Assembly: GCF_006345805.1 (NCBI RefSeq)
Contig: NC_043015.1
Coordinates: 14,384,001 to 14,448,000, forward strand
DNA: 64,000 nucleotides
Direction of reading: 5' to 3'
Source: Octopus sinensis
Taxonomy: Eukaryota
Below are positions 35,874 to 48,637 of this stretch, one piece after another; within the stretch, counting starts at the first letter, position 1; every line of letters begins with the position of its first letter. Under the pieces are notes generated by a model, which saw nothing but the letters and a program-made list of their open reading frames with translations, searched no databases and had not been told where the DNA came from. The position numbers and the translations under genes were made by a program.

Positions 35874-38800
35874 AATATTTATCCCCACTTAAGTGTGGAT
35901 GTTCTATTAGAACAAACTATACTGCAGTGAATGCCACGAGAGAAACTCTCATATTGGCTTTGGGTGCAAAATGCACCAAACTCTTGTTTATATCACTAGC
36001 AAGGGAAACTAAGCCAGAACAACCTGCCATCCTCTACACACCATCATAAACTGCGAGCAGGGTACAAATTGTTGTCCTTAAATGCTCGCAGTTTATGCAA
36101 CAAAATACATTTGTTCAACGCCTACGTCAGAAGTATTGACCCTGACTTCATCACTGTCACGGAAACATGGGCGCATTCCTTACTCTGTGATGGGGTGTTC
36201 AACATTACGGGGTACAACCTCTTCCGTAAGGACCGCACTAACCGCCGTGGTGGTGGTGTGATGGTCTACGTTCGTTCAAATTTTTTGGTAATTCCTTGTG
36301 CCGATTTGAACGAATCACAAGAAGTTTTTTTCTGTGACGTGCGTATGACCATGTCAACACTCCTGCTTGGCGTTGTTTATCGTCCCCCAAGTTACCATCG
36401 GGACACACAGCTTTGCAATGTCCTCCGAGCTGCTGCCAGGAAAACAGCCACTTATGTGTTATTGCAGGCGATTTCAATCATCCTGAGATCGATTGGGAGA
36501 CCTTCCATTGGCCACAGAGTGCAAACGATTTTGTTGAGCTTGTGCTGGACTCAAACTGGTCACAAGTAGTCACCTCTCCAACAAGAGGCGACAACACCTT
36601 GGACCTGCTCTTCACCACAACTCCTGAAGCGGTTATCAATTGCACTACGGAGGAACCTCTAGGTGACTCTGATCATGCTATGATCATCGCCAATCTGGCT
36701 CTTGCGGGCAACAAAAACCTGAACCATCTCCAATCTGCTTCCTTCGATTGGAAGAGAGCAGATTGGAACCTGTACCACACTGAACTACAGCACCCAAACT
36801 GGCGTGAATTCTACAACTCTGGAGATGTGAATACTATACTCCAGAGTATCCTGGACTCAATATGGGCAGCATGTGCAGCATCAGTGCCACGTAAACAAAA
36901 AAAGAAGAACCGCCCCAAAAGGGCAATTTGGGAAACTTCAGCGGTCCGACTTGCCAGGAGGGAACGTCGGACTGCTGAACAGGAATACAGGTTGCATAAA
37001 TCAGACACCAACAGGAAGAAGCGGAATAAATCCTCCAACCATCTCAAGCAAGTAACAAAAAAGCAGTGCTTGAATTTGAACAGTGCATAGCAACCAATCC
37101 TGACAGTAAGGTTTTCTGGAAATATGTGCACTCAAAGCAGAGACCTCACTCTCCAGTGGGCCCTCTTCGCAACCCTCACACAAACAGATCACTGACGACC
37201 CCAAGGAATGCGCAGAACTCATTGCCGAGTGCTATGCAAACATATTCACTGTGAAAGTCAAGATGTACCATCTTCACCATCACTAACAGCAAACTCCATA
37301 ACAACTATGGAATTTACACCTGCAATGCTGCGACGTCACCTTCAAAATAAGCGCAACTATGCCTCCCCTGGTCTCGATGGAGTTACATACCTGCTTCTCA
37401 AACGTGGCAGGCACTTCCTTTTACACCAGCTTTCTATTTTCTTCCAGTACTGTCTCAACAATGGTGCTACTCCGGAGCAGTGGAAAACTGCCAGTGTCAT
37501 TCCTCTGTTCAAAAAGGGCGACCGCACATCACCTGTCAACTATCGCCCAGTCAGTCTCACTAGCTGTATTGCAAAACTGATGGAATCGTGTGTCAGAGAA
37601 ACACTCTGGAACTTCTGGAGCTCTCACAGTCTCATCCGACCCTCACAATATGGATTTGTCCCTAACTCCAGCTTCAGTGACCAGCTTGTCGAGTTCCTTG
37701 AGGACATTACTCAGATTACTGACAGTGGCTCATGGGTGGATGTTGTCTACCTTGACTTTGCTAAGGCTTTCAACTCTGTGCCACACAAAAGGCTTATGGT
37801 GAAACTCTCTGCAATGGGTGTGGGGGATGACCTTTTTAACTGGTTGAAATCCTTCATCCTCAGCCGAAAGGAGGTTGTCACAGTTCTAGGACAGCACTCT
37901 ACACCATATGAGATGTCATCGGGTGTACCACAGGGATCTGTCCTTGGTCCCCTCTTGTTTGTGGCATACATTAACGACATAGATGCCAATTTAAAGAATG
38001 CCACAGTATTGAAATATGCAGACGACATCAAGCTGTACCTTGAAATCAAGAGGACAGATCCTGATGTCTACAACTCTTTCCTGCAATCAGACCTAGACAC
38101 AATGCAGCAATGGATCACAGACTGGCAACTGAAACTGGCTGTGGACAAGTGTACCACCATGCATTTTGGGAGAAAAAACCCTGCGTTCACATACTCCCTC
38201 CACAACACTGATATCAAGAAATCCTCTTGCGAGCGTGACCTAGGCATCACTGTCAGCAGTGATTTGCGTTGGACAAAACATATCTCTAAGATTGTCAGGA
38301 AGGCCGAGGGTGTCTTGGCATCACTCAGCAGGTCTTTTGTTAGCCGCTCTCCAGCCATCTATTTAAAACTGTATACAGCTATGGTACGACCACACTTGGA
38401 ATTTGCATCATCAGTTTGGAACCCCTATCTTGCACAGAACATTGACCTCCTGGAATCTGTCCAGAGACGTGCAACCAAACGCATACCCTCCTTCAGACAC
38501 CTACCATATTCTGAGCGCCTTGTTTCCCTGGGCATGGATTCACTGAAGCTCCGGCGTCTGGCAACGGACTTGGTAAACACCCACAAAGTTATCAACCACC
38601 TCACCAACAACAACACTGAACACCTTTTTGATCTCCATGTGTCTAACACACGTGGACATGCCTACAAAGTCAGAAAACAATACAGCTCTCATGACTTTCG
38701 GAAACATTTTTTCACGCTCAGAGTTGCTGAAGCATGGAATAAACTGCCTGCGTCAGTTGTTGACTGCCATGACACTGCATCTTTTAAGGCCCTCATGCTT

Positions 38801-39006
38801 TCCGAAATCCGCCGAAACTACACCTGATTATATATACACTTTAGATGAGTTGTAGTGCACCTGAGCACTGTACACTATTATTATTATTATAATATAAACA
38901 AGAGTGCATTTTTCACCAATAGCCAATATGAGAGTTTCTCTCGTGGCATTCACTGCAGTATAGTTTGTTCTAACAGAACATCCACACTTAAGTGGGGATA
39001 AATATT
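35874..39006. repeat. ~120-bp inverted repeat arms (35874-35993 and 38892-39006) directly bracketing the CR1 LINE
   Basis: aatatttatccccacttaagtgtggatgttct...ctcttgtttatat vs atataaacaagag...agaacatccacacttaagtggggataaatatt. Confidence 0.9.
35994..38890 (+). mobile_element. CR1-type LINE, ORF2 only (AP endonuclease + RT), ~3 frameshifts in the 5' half, RT ORF 37208-38827 open (539 aa), (tat)n tail
   Basis: LSLNARSLCNK, GDFNHPEIDW, LDLLF, SDH (EN); YRPVSLTS, YLDFAKAFNSVPH, GVPQGSVLGP, KYADDIKLY (RT); TRGH...WNKLP. Confidence 0.95.
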
Positions 39007-39788
39007 GAAATGATGGTAGTGGTAGAGGTTAGAATGTATGTATATGTAGGTATATACACACAACTGGGACTGCTCCCCATTTTGTACCTACTAGGTTTGC
39101 TGCCTATTTAATTTTCTCTCATATCTCCAGTACTCAGTACCCTGTCTCCTACTCATTGTGCCATACCACTCGGCATTGTAGTCATCCATTCTCAACCCCT
39201 TCTACTGCTCCCACCATGATGCGTGTGTAATAAGGGATTGTGCTGGATCGTTTCATGTCTGATTCATCTCTTCATCACTCTTAAATACTGCTAACCATCT
39301 CCTTGTCGCACCAGCTAACATTCTCCTTTATTAATAGCCATCACTTCTCGCCTCCAAGTTACTTAACCCTTTCAGTACCAACTCAGCTGAAACCAGCTCT
39401 GGCTCTGTAGTACAAATGTCTTGTTTTCTTAAAATTTGAATTAAAATACTCCACCAAACCTTAGTCACAATTTATGTTCCTAACAATAGCTTAATGATAA
39501 CTAAGTTATTTTACTAAATTCTTTGTTATATCTAAAGTAATTGAAAGAAATACAGAGCACCTCAAAATAAATACAGTAACGAAAGGGTTAATGTTAAGAA
39601 GGGCATCCAGCCATAGAAACCATGCCAAAAATAGAATGTATAAAGCAGGTATAAAATGGTGATAATGCTGTATTGATATATGTATATGTGTTTATATATG
39701 CATTCATATTTCATGTCTGTATATGTTGCATATTTATACACACTTGTATGTGTTTCATATGTAAACATTTATATTTATCCATGTGTAT

Positions 39789-41000
39789 TAGGGTGGAGTG
39801 AAAAAGGTACTTTTTACACAGATTTTCAAAATATATTTTTTATTGTGAAATCCTTTAAAAATTATGGTGTTAAAATCTGAAGTTCTTAAATTTACATCTT
39901 CAGGCTCTGCAGTCCACTTGAAATTTTGAATAATGAACAAAAAATCAATTTATAACATGTTTGCTATTCATTTTATTTTTTACTTTCATTGTTATGAATC
40001 TTTTTTTTTTTTTTTTTTCAAAAATCCTTTAAAAACAAGTGTTAAAATCTCAAGCTCTAAAATTTATCTCTTCAGGATCCGCATTGCACTTGAAAATTAA
40101 AAAATTATATGAAATAAATAAACTTTTCGACTTTGTTTTCTTTATTTTTAATACTAGGTCACTGAATTTATGCGTTACACGAGGTCTAATAAAATTACCT
40201 ATAAACCAATTTTTTATTCTTGACACATTTTGGTGATAAAAATAATTAGCATTTCCAATTTATTCAAAATAATTCCAGTTTTTAAAGGAGCTGCAATTGC
40301 AACAGGAAATGTCAAATCTTTTGTTGCATTGTTTTTAAACACATTACACTTTGTTTGAAACGATGGCGCATTTTTACTATTTTAGTAATGCTTGGTACTT
40401 TAGATAAAAGTTTAAGATTTTCAGTTTAACTGATTCAATTGTAACACAAGGGATGGATACCTTTTGCCAAAGAAGAATTATCTTTTTTGCTACAATCTAG
40501 ACAATTTGTTTAATTGATGGATCTTTCTTAACTGCATTCTTTTCTTGTTCAAATAAAACACATTTTAGTCCATCCTTGTAAGTCGGCAAAACTTACTCGC
40601 TAAGATCACATGGAGTACCAAATATTGGGCATTCACTATCATGACACGTTATTGGCTTATGCGTCATCACTAAATGTAAACAACACTAACATGATCAGTG
40701 GCCTAAAATCAAGGTACAAAACAGAAAACGTATATCCACATGCAATGACCGTTGCAGTGGTACTGGAGAGAAGTTCACATTCCCATTCTCTTTATTGTCA
40801 ATGTGGAACCTCAAGATGTTAGTCAATTGCATTGAAACTTGGTATACAACCTCTTACAGATACTATATTTACTGTTTTGCATTCTGCAATGTAGAAATAT
40901 GTATTCGTAATGACTAATAATCCATGAAATCCAAAATTTTCAATAGCTTGAAAAGAATATTTAACCACAAAGTTCTTTATACACCTTTCTTTTAACCCTA
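39789..41000 (-). mobile_element. Internally deleted hAT-like (hATm/Cc8K15.2-type, inferred) DNA transposon in TAF9 intron 2
   Basis: Termini tagggtgg / taacccta with a 5/8-matching candidate 8-bp TSD. Minus translation PIFGTPCDLSE*VLPTYKD...LWQKVSIPCV...KILNFYLKYQALLK. Confidence 0.55.
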
Positions 41001-41162
41001 ATTTGCAACAAAATATCGATTCTTGGTGACCAGTTTCGAAAGCTGCATTTTTTGCTCTACCCTAATGTGTATGTATCATCATCATGTACTTTTATTTTCC
41101 TATGCTTGCATGGGTTGGATGAATCTAAACTTGCTAATTTTTTGTGTTCTTTTTCTTTTCAG

Positions 41163-41294
41163 TTACTCATGGAAATTGTTCGTACCAAAAATTCACAGCC
41201 TCTGCCTTTGATCAAACCATACTCAGGTCCCAGACTTCCACCAGATAGATATTGTTTGACTGCACCTAATTATAAGCTAAAAAGTACTAAAAAG
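41163..41294 (+). CDS. TAF9: TAF9 coding exon 3 ([44 protein letters not shown])
   Basis: Acceptor ttttcag, donor gtaaga; 132 nt; hallmark [16 protein letters not shown]. Confidence 0.96.
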
Positions 41295-41548
41295 GTAAGA
41301 ATTTCTTTCATTTTTGTTATTGTAATTCTTGCGTGTAAATTATTTTCCAAGTATTAAAAGCAATGGACTGGCTGTGTGGTTTGCTTCCAAGCCACATGGT
41401 TTCAGGTTTAATCCCAATGCATAGTACATTAGGCAGGTGTCTCTGATTATTGTTCCAGGGCAACCAAAGCCTTGTGAGTAGACATGGTAGATGAAAATTG
41501 AAAGAGCGGTATCAAGTATACGTGTGTGTATATATATATATATATAAA

Positions 41549-42109
41549 GTGATGATGGTGCCACATAAAAAGCACCCAATACACTCTTGTAAGGTGGTTG
41601 GCAATAGGAAGAGTAGAAATCATGCCAGAACAGAATGTATACACACACAAACCCTAACCACTAAGCCATGTGGGAAGTTGTTTGACATCGGGGTTAAGAT
41701 GTTATACTCACAATTGCAAGATTGTGGTTTCAATTACTAGACCAAGCTGTGGATTGTTCTCTTGAGCAAAACACTTCATTTCATATTGCTCTGTGATTAC
41801 TTCGACATCTGACATGTGGCATACTGTGCACCTATACAGGCAATGTAGATTTGATGGAGAGAGTGAGTTAATATACAGCAAAAGCATTTCATCATGATAA
41901 ACATATCATCTATGCAGATGGTTCGGCAAGAAGTGGAACCCTTATCTGTCGTTTATGACTGGAGGGTCCATCTTATGTGTGTGTGTATGTATATATATAT
42001 ATATATCATCATCATCATCATAATATATATATATGTGTGTGTGTGCACATATATGTACATGTACTGATGCCACATTAAAAGCATTGGTTCACACTGTAAA
42101 GTGGTTGAC

Positions 42110-42140
<31 letters not shown>

Positions 42141-42703
42141 AGTGATGATGGTGCCACATAAAAAGCACCCAATACACTCTTGTAAGGTGGTTGGCAATAG
42201 GAAGAGTAGAAATCATGCCAGAACAGAATGTATACACACACAAACCCTAACCACTAAGCCATGTGGGAAGTTGTTTGACATAGGGGTTAAGATGTTATAC
42301 TCACAATTGCAAGATTGTGGTTTCAATTACTAGACCAAGCTGTGGATTGTTCTCTTGAGCAAAACACTTCATTTCATATTGCTCTGTGATTACTTCGACA
42401 TCTGACATGTGGCATACTGTGCACCTATACAGGCAATGTAGATTTGATGGAGAGAGTGAGTTAATATACAGCAAAAGCATTTCATCATGATAAACATATC
42501 ATCTATGCAGATGGTTCGGCAAGAAGTGGAACCCTTATCTGTCGTTTATGACTGGAGGGTCCATCTTATGTGTGTGTGTATGTATATATATATATATCAT
42601 CATCATCATCATAATATATATATATGTGTGTGTGTGCACATATATGTACATGTACTGATGCCACATTAAAAGCATTGGTTCACACTGTAAAGTGGTTGAC
42701 ATT

Positions 42704-42704
<1 letters not shown>
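41549..42704 (+). repeat. Near-identical ~593-bp tandem duplication bounded by (TA)n tracts
   Basis: 41549-42113 vs 42142-42704 differ, as far as I can see, by one substitution (gacatcgggg/gacatagggg) plus microsatellite lengths. Confidence 0.9.
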
Positions 42705-42734
<30 letters not shown>

Positions 42735-43031
42735 GCAAATGTCCCTGTGTCTTGATATCACATGATAGTTGTAAAATGGTTGTCACTCATTCATTACTAA
42801 TGTACTGCAAGAACATGTTTGGCCATGGGTAAATATTACCTTGCTTGGAAACAGGTGACAGTTGGTAATAGAAGGGCATCTGGCCTTAAAATCTCTACAG
42901 CTGTAAAACTCTGGCTGACCTATGCAGACACAGAAAAGTAGATGTTAAGAAAAATTATGATAAATGTATAACTTAAGCACAACATTGCCATTCAACATTG
43001 CTAAAACTGTTATATGAATTTTATCTTTTAG

Positions 43032-43125
43032 CACAAACTACCTATGAATCTTCCTGTAAATCAATATTCTACAACACTTCCATCACAAAGAATTAGTTTA
43101 ACACCACTACAACAGAATATATCTG
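43032..43125 (+). CDS. TAF9: TAF9 coding exon 4 (HKLPMNLPVNQYSTTLPSQRISLTPLQQNIS)
   Basis: Acceptor ttatcttttag, donor gtgagt; 94 nt, phase 0 to 1. It is the only good candidate I found that reconciles the phases of exons 3 and 5. Confidence 0.8.
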
Positions 43126-44328
43126 GTGAGTATTACTATGAATCCTATTAGATAAATTTGATCCTTGTTTTACAAATGCTTATTATCAACTACAAATTGG
43201 TTTACAAACAATTTTTCAAACATAAAATGTCTTGGGTGACAAATAGTGCCGGAAGTAACCAATGTGCAACTTGACAACAACAATTTGCAATGGGCTGGGA
43301 GTATCAGCAAGAGTGCATTAGTTGCTATCTGGCTTTCATTCAGTGCACATTCCTGCTTCAGTTTGCCATGCCTTCTTATGAATTTCCGATGGGAAAAATA
43401 GTTTCAATTTATGAACATTTTAGGTCAGGAACAACCTTCAGGAATGAATTAAACTCAGGTTGCACTATATTTCATTGTTATATACACATGTTTTTTGACA
43501 GGAGAAAAAATTAGCCATGAAGGATTTGCTTTAATGATAAAATGAATTTTTTATATCTAGAAATTTAAATTTCAACAAGATAGCCTCTTAACTAATCTTA
43601 GTGCCAATGCTGGTTTGTTTATGTCCCTGTAACTTAGCAGTTCAGCAAAAAGGACGAAAGAATAAGTGTCCTGGGATCAATTTCTTTGACTAAAACCCTT
43701 TAGGCGGTGCTCCAGCATGGCCACTGTCAAATGACTGAAACAAATAAAAGAATAGTGTTGAGCCTTCAGTAAGTGCTCCTTGACAAACTATTGTCATGTC
43801 TTTGAATTATTTACCATATTTTTGGGCATGTAAGACACACTCCAATTGTGGTAGACTTAACTGCCTCACTGAAGTTAACCTAAATCCCTGAGGTGAATAT
43901 CTTGCACGTTTTGATGTATAGGAACCATGAAAATTTAGACTGGCATCCTTTGGTGGGGTATTTATGGCAGGCTATGTTACTTACCATTAACATTAATGGA
44001 AGCAGATGTGGCTTTGTGGTAAGAAGCTTGCTTCCCAACCACATAGTTCCAGGTTAATTCCTACTGCATGGCAAATTTCTTCTACTACAGTCTCAGGCTG
44101 ACCAAAGCCTTGTCAGTGAATTTGGTAAATGGAAATTGAATGAAGCCTGTCATGCATATATGTCTGTGTGTATGTGTCTTTGCATCTCTGTCTGTTCCCC
44201 CACTTGGTGTCTTTATATCCTCATAACTTGAGCAAAAGAGACTGAAAGAATAAGTACTAGGCTTAAAAATATAAGTCCTGGGGTTGATTTACATTTGACG
44301 GATATTTGTCCTCATCTTGTTTGTTGTT

Positions 44329-44374
44329 AACACAATGTTTCGACTGATATATCCTCCAGCCTTCATCAGGTGTC
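44329..44374 (-). ncRNA. Minimal type I hammerhead motif (Penelope-type), degenerate stem III
   Basis: gacac-CUGAUGA-a-ggctg(loop)cagtc-GAAA-catt-gtgtt. Stems I and II pair; aacatt is one change from the palindrome aacgtt. Confidence 0.55.
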
Positions 44375-45464
44375 TTAGGGGACATTTTTGGTAAAAAATC
44401 ACAGCTCTTATGTCAGAAATGCAGCACCTCATAACACAACAGAAATGCAGCACCTCATAACACAACAGAGAAACCTCAATCTCTAAAAGCATTATTACAA
44501 TTATAATTGCTCAAACCTCAATGTTTTATATTTGCAGTATTTATATCTGCACCACTCTTCACTCTGTTTCATCTCCAGTTATTATGTGTCTCTTTTTGGT
44601 ATTTCCTCAGTTGTAGAATGAATTTGAACTTCAAAGTTTTATTTCTTAACTAAAAATAGCAATGTACTTTCCATTAAGTCTCTAACAGTTATAAATTGTG
44701 TGAATGAGACTTAGAACTAGTAAAAAAAAAAGCACTGTTAAATTCATACCTGGAGGTTTAAAACATTTTGGTTTGAAGCAGAGAAAAGTCAATAGATTTG
44801 TTATATTTTCTATTTGCTTTGACTGTATAGGAAACTAAAGTTGAAAACTTAATCTAAAAGTTGTATTTTACACAAGTATGACAATTGTAAGGAATAATCA
44901 CTTCCTGGGCATTTGTTTTATAGTTATGAGATATAAATTATAGTTATAACTTATTCAATGAAATCATTTAGAAATAAGCACCATCTGAGTGTGCACCAAT
45001 TACATTGGTACAGACATCATCATCATTGTCTGTTTTTTTATACTGGCATGATTTGAGTGCTTCAATCAGAACTGACAAGCCAGAGGACTACATCAAACTC
45101 CAATTTCTGCTTGGACAGAGTTTCTACAGCTTGAAGCCCTTCCTAATGCCAGCCACCTTATAGAGTTTACTGGGTGCTTTTGTTTTTCATGGTACCAGCA
45201 CCAGTGAGGTTGCTAAGTACTCACTAAACAAAACCCTTCAACTGAATGAAGTATAGTGTTTAAGGTAGTAAAAGTATGATAGCTGACAGGAAGAGGTGTC
45301 TTGCTGAAAAGCAGATACAAGGCTTCCCCAGCTGGAGAGAGGAGATGGTGAGGGTACACGCTCATGGTAACAATGTGAATATAAGAGAAAGAATAGACAT
45401 AGAATATAATGCAAAATGAGGATAAATCTTATGTGGGAAAGTGATATGAATTCATGTTAGACAT

Positions 45465-46035
45465 ATTGTGTGGCTGTGTGGAAAAAGGCTTGCTTTTCAA
45501 CCACAATTCCAGGTTCAGTCCTGCTGTGTGGCATCTTGGGCAAATATGTATTCTACTATAACATCAGGCCAACCAATGCCTTGTGAGTAGATTTAGTTGA
45601 CGGAAACTATACACACACACACACAAGGGGTTGTTGAAAAGTTCCTACTTTTGACTAAAATAAAATATAGGAGGGTCAGTTAATTATGATTTTATTCAAC
45701 ATATTCCCCTCTCAGAATCACAAACTTAATGCAGTGGTCCTTCAGTTTTTCTAAGCCCTGTAAAAGAACTCAGATGGTTGGACCTCCAACTTGGCCTTTT
45801 GCAACACCCTTAAAGCCAAGAACTTTTTCAGCATACATTTGTATTGACTATTGGTGTTGGTGTTGGTGTATTTACATCCCCGTAACTTAGTGGTTTGGAA
45901 AAATAGATCAATAGAAAAGAACTATACTTATAAGAAAATAAGTCCTGGAGTTGATTTTTTCAACTAAAACCCTACAAGGTGGTGTCCCAGCATGGCCACA
46001 GTCAAATGACTGGAACAAGTTAAAGATAAAAGATA
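45465..46035 (+). mobile_element. OR-like SINE interrupted by a mariner-type MITE at its (CA)n tract; another copy at ~44000-44288
   Basis: Head tgtggctgtgtgg...ggttcagtc and tail cagcatggccacagtcaaatgactgg. Confidence 0.7.
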
Positions 46036-46144
46036 TTCTCTGTAGAATTAAGCTAGGAAAGTAAAATGGATATACAACAAAGTAAATGAAATAATGGTAA
46101 TGGGGATAATGATCTTAATATGATTTTATTTTTGTATATTTCAG

Positions 46145-46306
46145 GAAAATTAGGATCTAGTATTGGCCTATCAGGCTCAGGGAATCCTACTTTGACAGTG
46201 GTAACAAAGGGAGTCAGTTTGCCAACAGTTACTATTGTTAGTAAACCTGTGTCTTCCTCAAGTACAACAATCAGTCAAAAACCAACAATAAGGATTACAA
46301 CAGGCG
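46145..46306 (+). CDS. TAF9: TAF9 coding exon 5 (G-KLGSSIGLSGSGNPTLTVVTKG...KPTIRITTG)
   Basis: Acceptor tatatttcag, donor gtaagt; 162 nt, phase 1 to 1; S/T-rich like TAF9 C-terminal regions. Confidence 0.85.
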
Positions 46307-48362
46307 GTAAGTACTCCTTCTCTAAAATGCAAAATGATTTTGTGTGTGTGTGTGTACAGAATATATACCAGGTGACTGAGAATGAAGCAAACCACAAAGA
46401 AAATCTAAAATACCAAACAGACAGCAAAACAACTCCCACATTTTGGTGGATACCTCAAAGAATCAAGCCAATCAGCAAAGCTCCCCTTGGCACCAATGAT
46501 GGTCTCTGACTACAGAAGTTACTGGATGCAGGATCAAGTGAAAAAAACTCATGCCATCCACCACACCCATGGCAACAATCTCACACCTCCTCCCCATCAT
46601 GGGTTCCCTGTTCAGTCTCCTATTATCACCCTGATAATATGATGTCATAGACACAGAAGCTTAGGGGTTTTCGAATGTGCTGAGTTCAGACTACATCATG
46701 TTACAGCCACATATTTAGATGCATTAAAACTAGACCTTAAGATTGTCAAATCGCTCTCCGTAACCTGGAGGGAAGAGTGACTAGTTTTTATTTTCTTTAA
46801 AACTTAGACTGCCGGTTTGGGTGTTTGGGGATAAATCCTACCAATCTGCATGTTGCATTGTTTATCTGGCGCCACCATTTATGCATGAATTTTAGGATAG
46901 AGGATGTTTAATTTTTGTTGTGGCTTTATCATAAGATTAACACATCATCATTGTCTTTTAATCTTCACTTTTCCCTGCTTGCATGAGTCGGACAAAATTT
47001 GATGAGGCATATTTTCCTCTGACTGTTCTTCCTGTTGCCAACCCTGATCTGTTTCCCGAGCAATGTAATATTTCCCCCTAATCCCATCCGGTAACAAACA
47101 GCACACTGGCCAGACATGTTTCCACGGGAGACTGCAAAGAACAAGAACAACATCATGCTAGTGATGTTCACAGTAGGTGTGATGTCATGACAAGGTAACA
47201 TAGACATACTGACACACATGTGCATGTGTGTGCAAAAAATAAACCTTGGCCAGTCTCCAATCAGGTGTGTTCAGTTGTTTGACCAGCTGCAGCACTTGCT
47301 CTCTAAATGTTATTCTCAAACACAATCAGTATGACATGACACAGTGTATGGAAAAGGTTGAACTTTTGTATTACAATTCTGTCAAACAGAATTGTAATAC
47401 AATTGTAGTATAATTCTGTCAAACAGATTCTAATTATGGTCGTCTTATATATATTTGGGGATGCTGTACTGAAATATAGGAATTCCAAACATGATACCAA
47501 TTTTGAAAAGTGGTTTACTTAGAAACATTTGTTTCTATTAAGAGAATGAAACAATTATATAAAAGCTGATTTATTTTTTATTACCTCAGAATTGAAAGAC
47601 AATGGTTGAAAATTAAATGAATTGAGATGATTTTTATTTAATTAAGAGACAGTATTGAAAAGTAAACTATTTTATCTAAAGATATCAAATATTGAACCCT
47701 TCTAGAACTAAAAAATGGTAAAATAAAATATATGTTCATCATCGTTTAGCGTCCGTTTTCCATGCTAAACAATGTCTGAAATAGAAAAATGTAGATATGT
47801 AAGATTAGCTTTACACATCATCATCATCCTTTTTCCATGCTGGCATGAGTTGGAAAATAAGAATGCTAAGTGTTGATGAAATTATTTATTTTTGCAGCCA
47901 TTTATCATACTGAACATAAATACATCGTTGAAAGGCAAATTTACTGCAGTATTTGTCTGGAGACAACATCTTATGAACATGCTGTGTTTAAAAATCATTA
48001 TATTGGAAGAAGCTGAAGATTGGTCCAGCAGTGGCTCATGAGAATGCCAGACGCATTTCAGCTTCATTGGGCCTTGACAGTGGTGTGCTCTCGTAGCTGC
48101 TGCTAGGATGATTTTCTCTGTCTGATATTTATTATGTTTTTTAAACACAGCATATCCATAAGAAATGTTATCTTCAGTGTATACTGCAGTAAACTTGCCT
48201 TTCAGTGATGTGTTTACATTAAGTATGATACATAGATGGCTGTTATAATTTAATACTGCTTCTATTGCATATGATAGATATTTTTAATTATAACATTATT
48301 AGAATTATGATTTATTTGTAACTACATCCTTTCAAGTATAACAGTTTTTTTCTTCTTTCTAG

Positions 48363-48637
48363 GTCCTAAACCAGCAACCAGCAATTCTAACATCCAAAGT
48401 GGTACTGGCAACCAACATAGCCAAGTAACAATGAATACAACTAGCTGCCACGTAACTGGGAGTAATGCCGTTTCTAACACAAGTATTATATCCACTGGTG
48501 GTACCTCTCTGGTTACTCCTCAAACCATCAACATTAATCCACAACAAACTTCACAAATTGGTTCAACCATTCCGACTGCTGGTGTTAGTAATCCTCTCAA
48601 AAGGAAGCTTCCTGATGATGATTATGATAAAGTTTGA
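48363..48637 (+). CDS. TAF9: TAF9 coding exon 6 to stop (G-PKPATSNS...NPLKRKLPDDDYDKV*); total CDS 918 nt, 305 aa
   Basis: Long pyrimidine tract plus ag at 48361-62. The C-terminus NPLKRK..DDD matches vertebrate TAF9/TAF9B C-termini. Confidence 0.92.

Noticed and set aside
44538-44598. Phase 0-to-1 candidate TAF9 exon (YLYLHHSSLCF...)
   Set aside because: Weak donor (gtattt) and implausible composition; 43032-43125 has much better splice sites.
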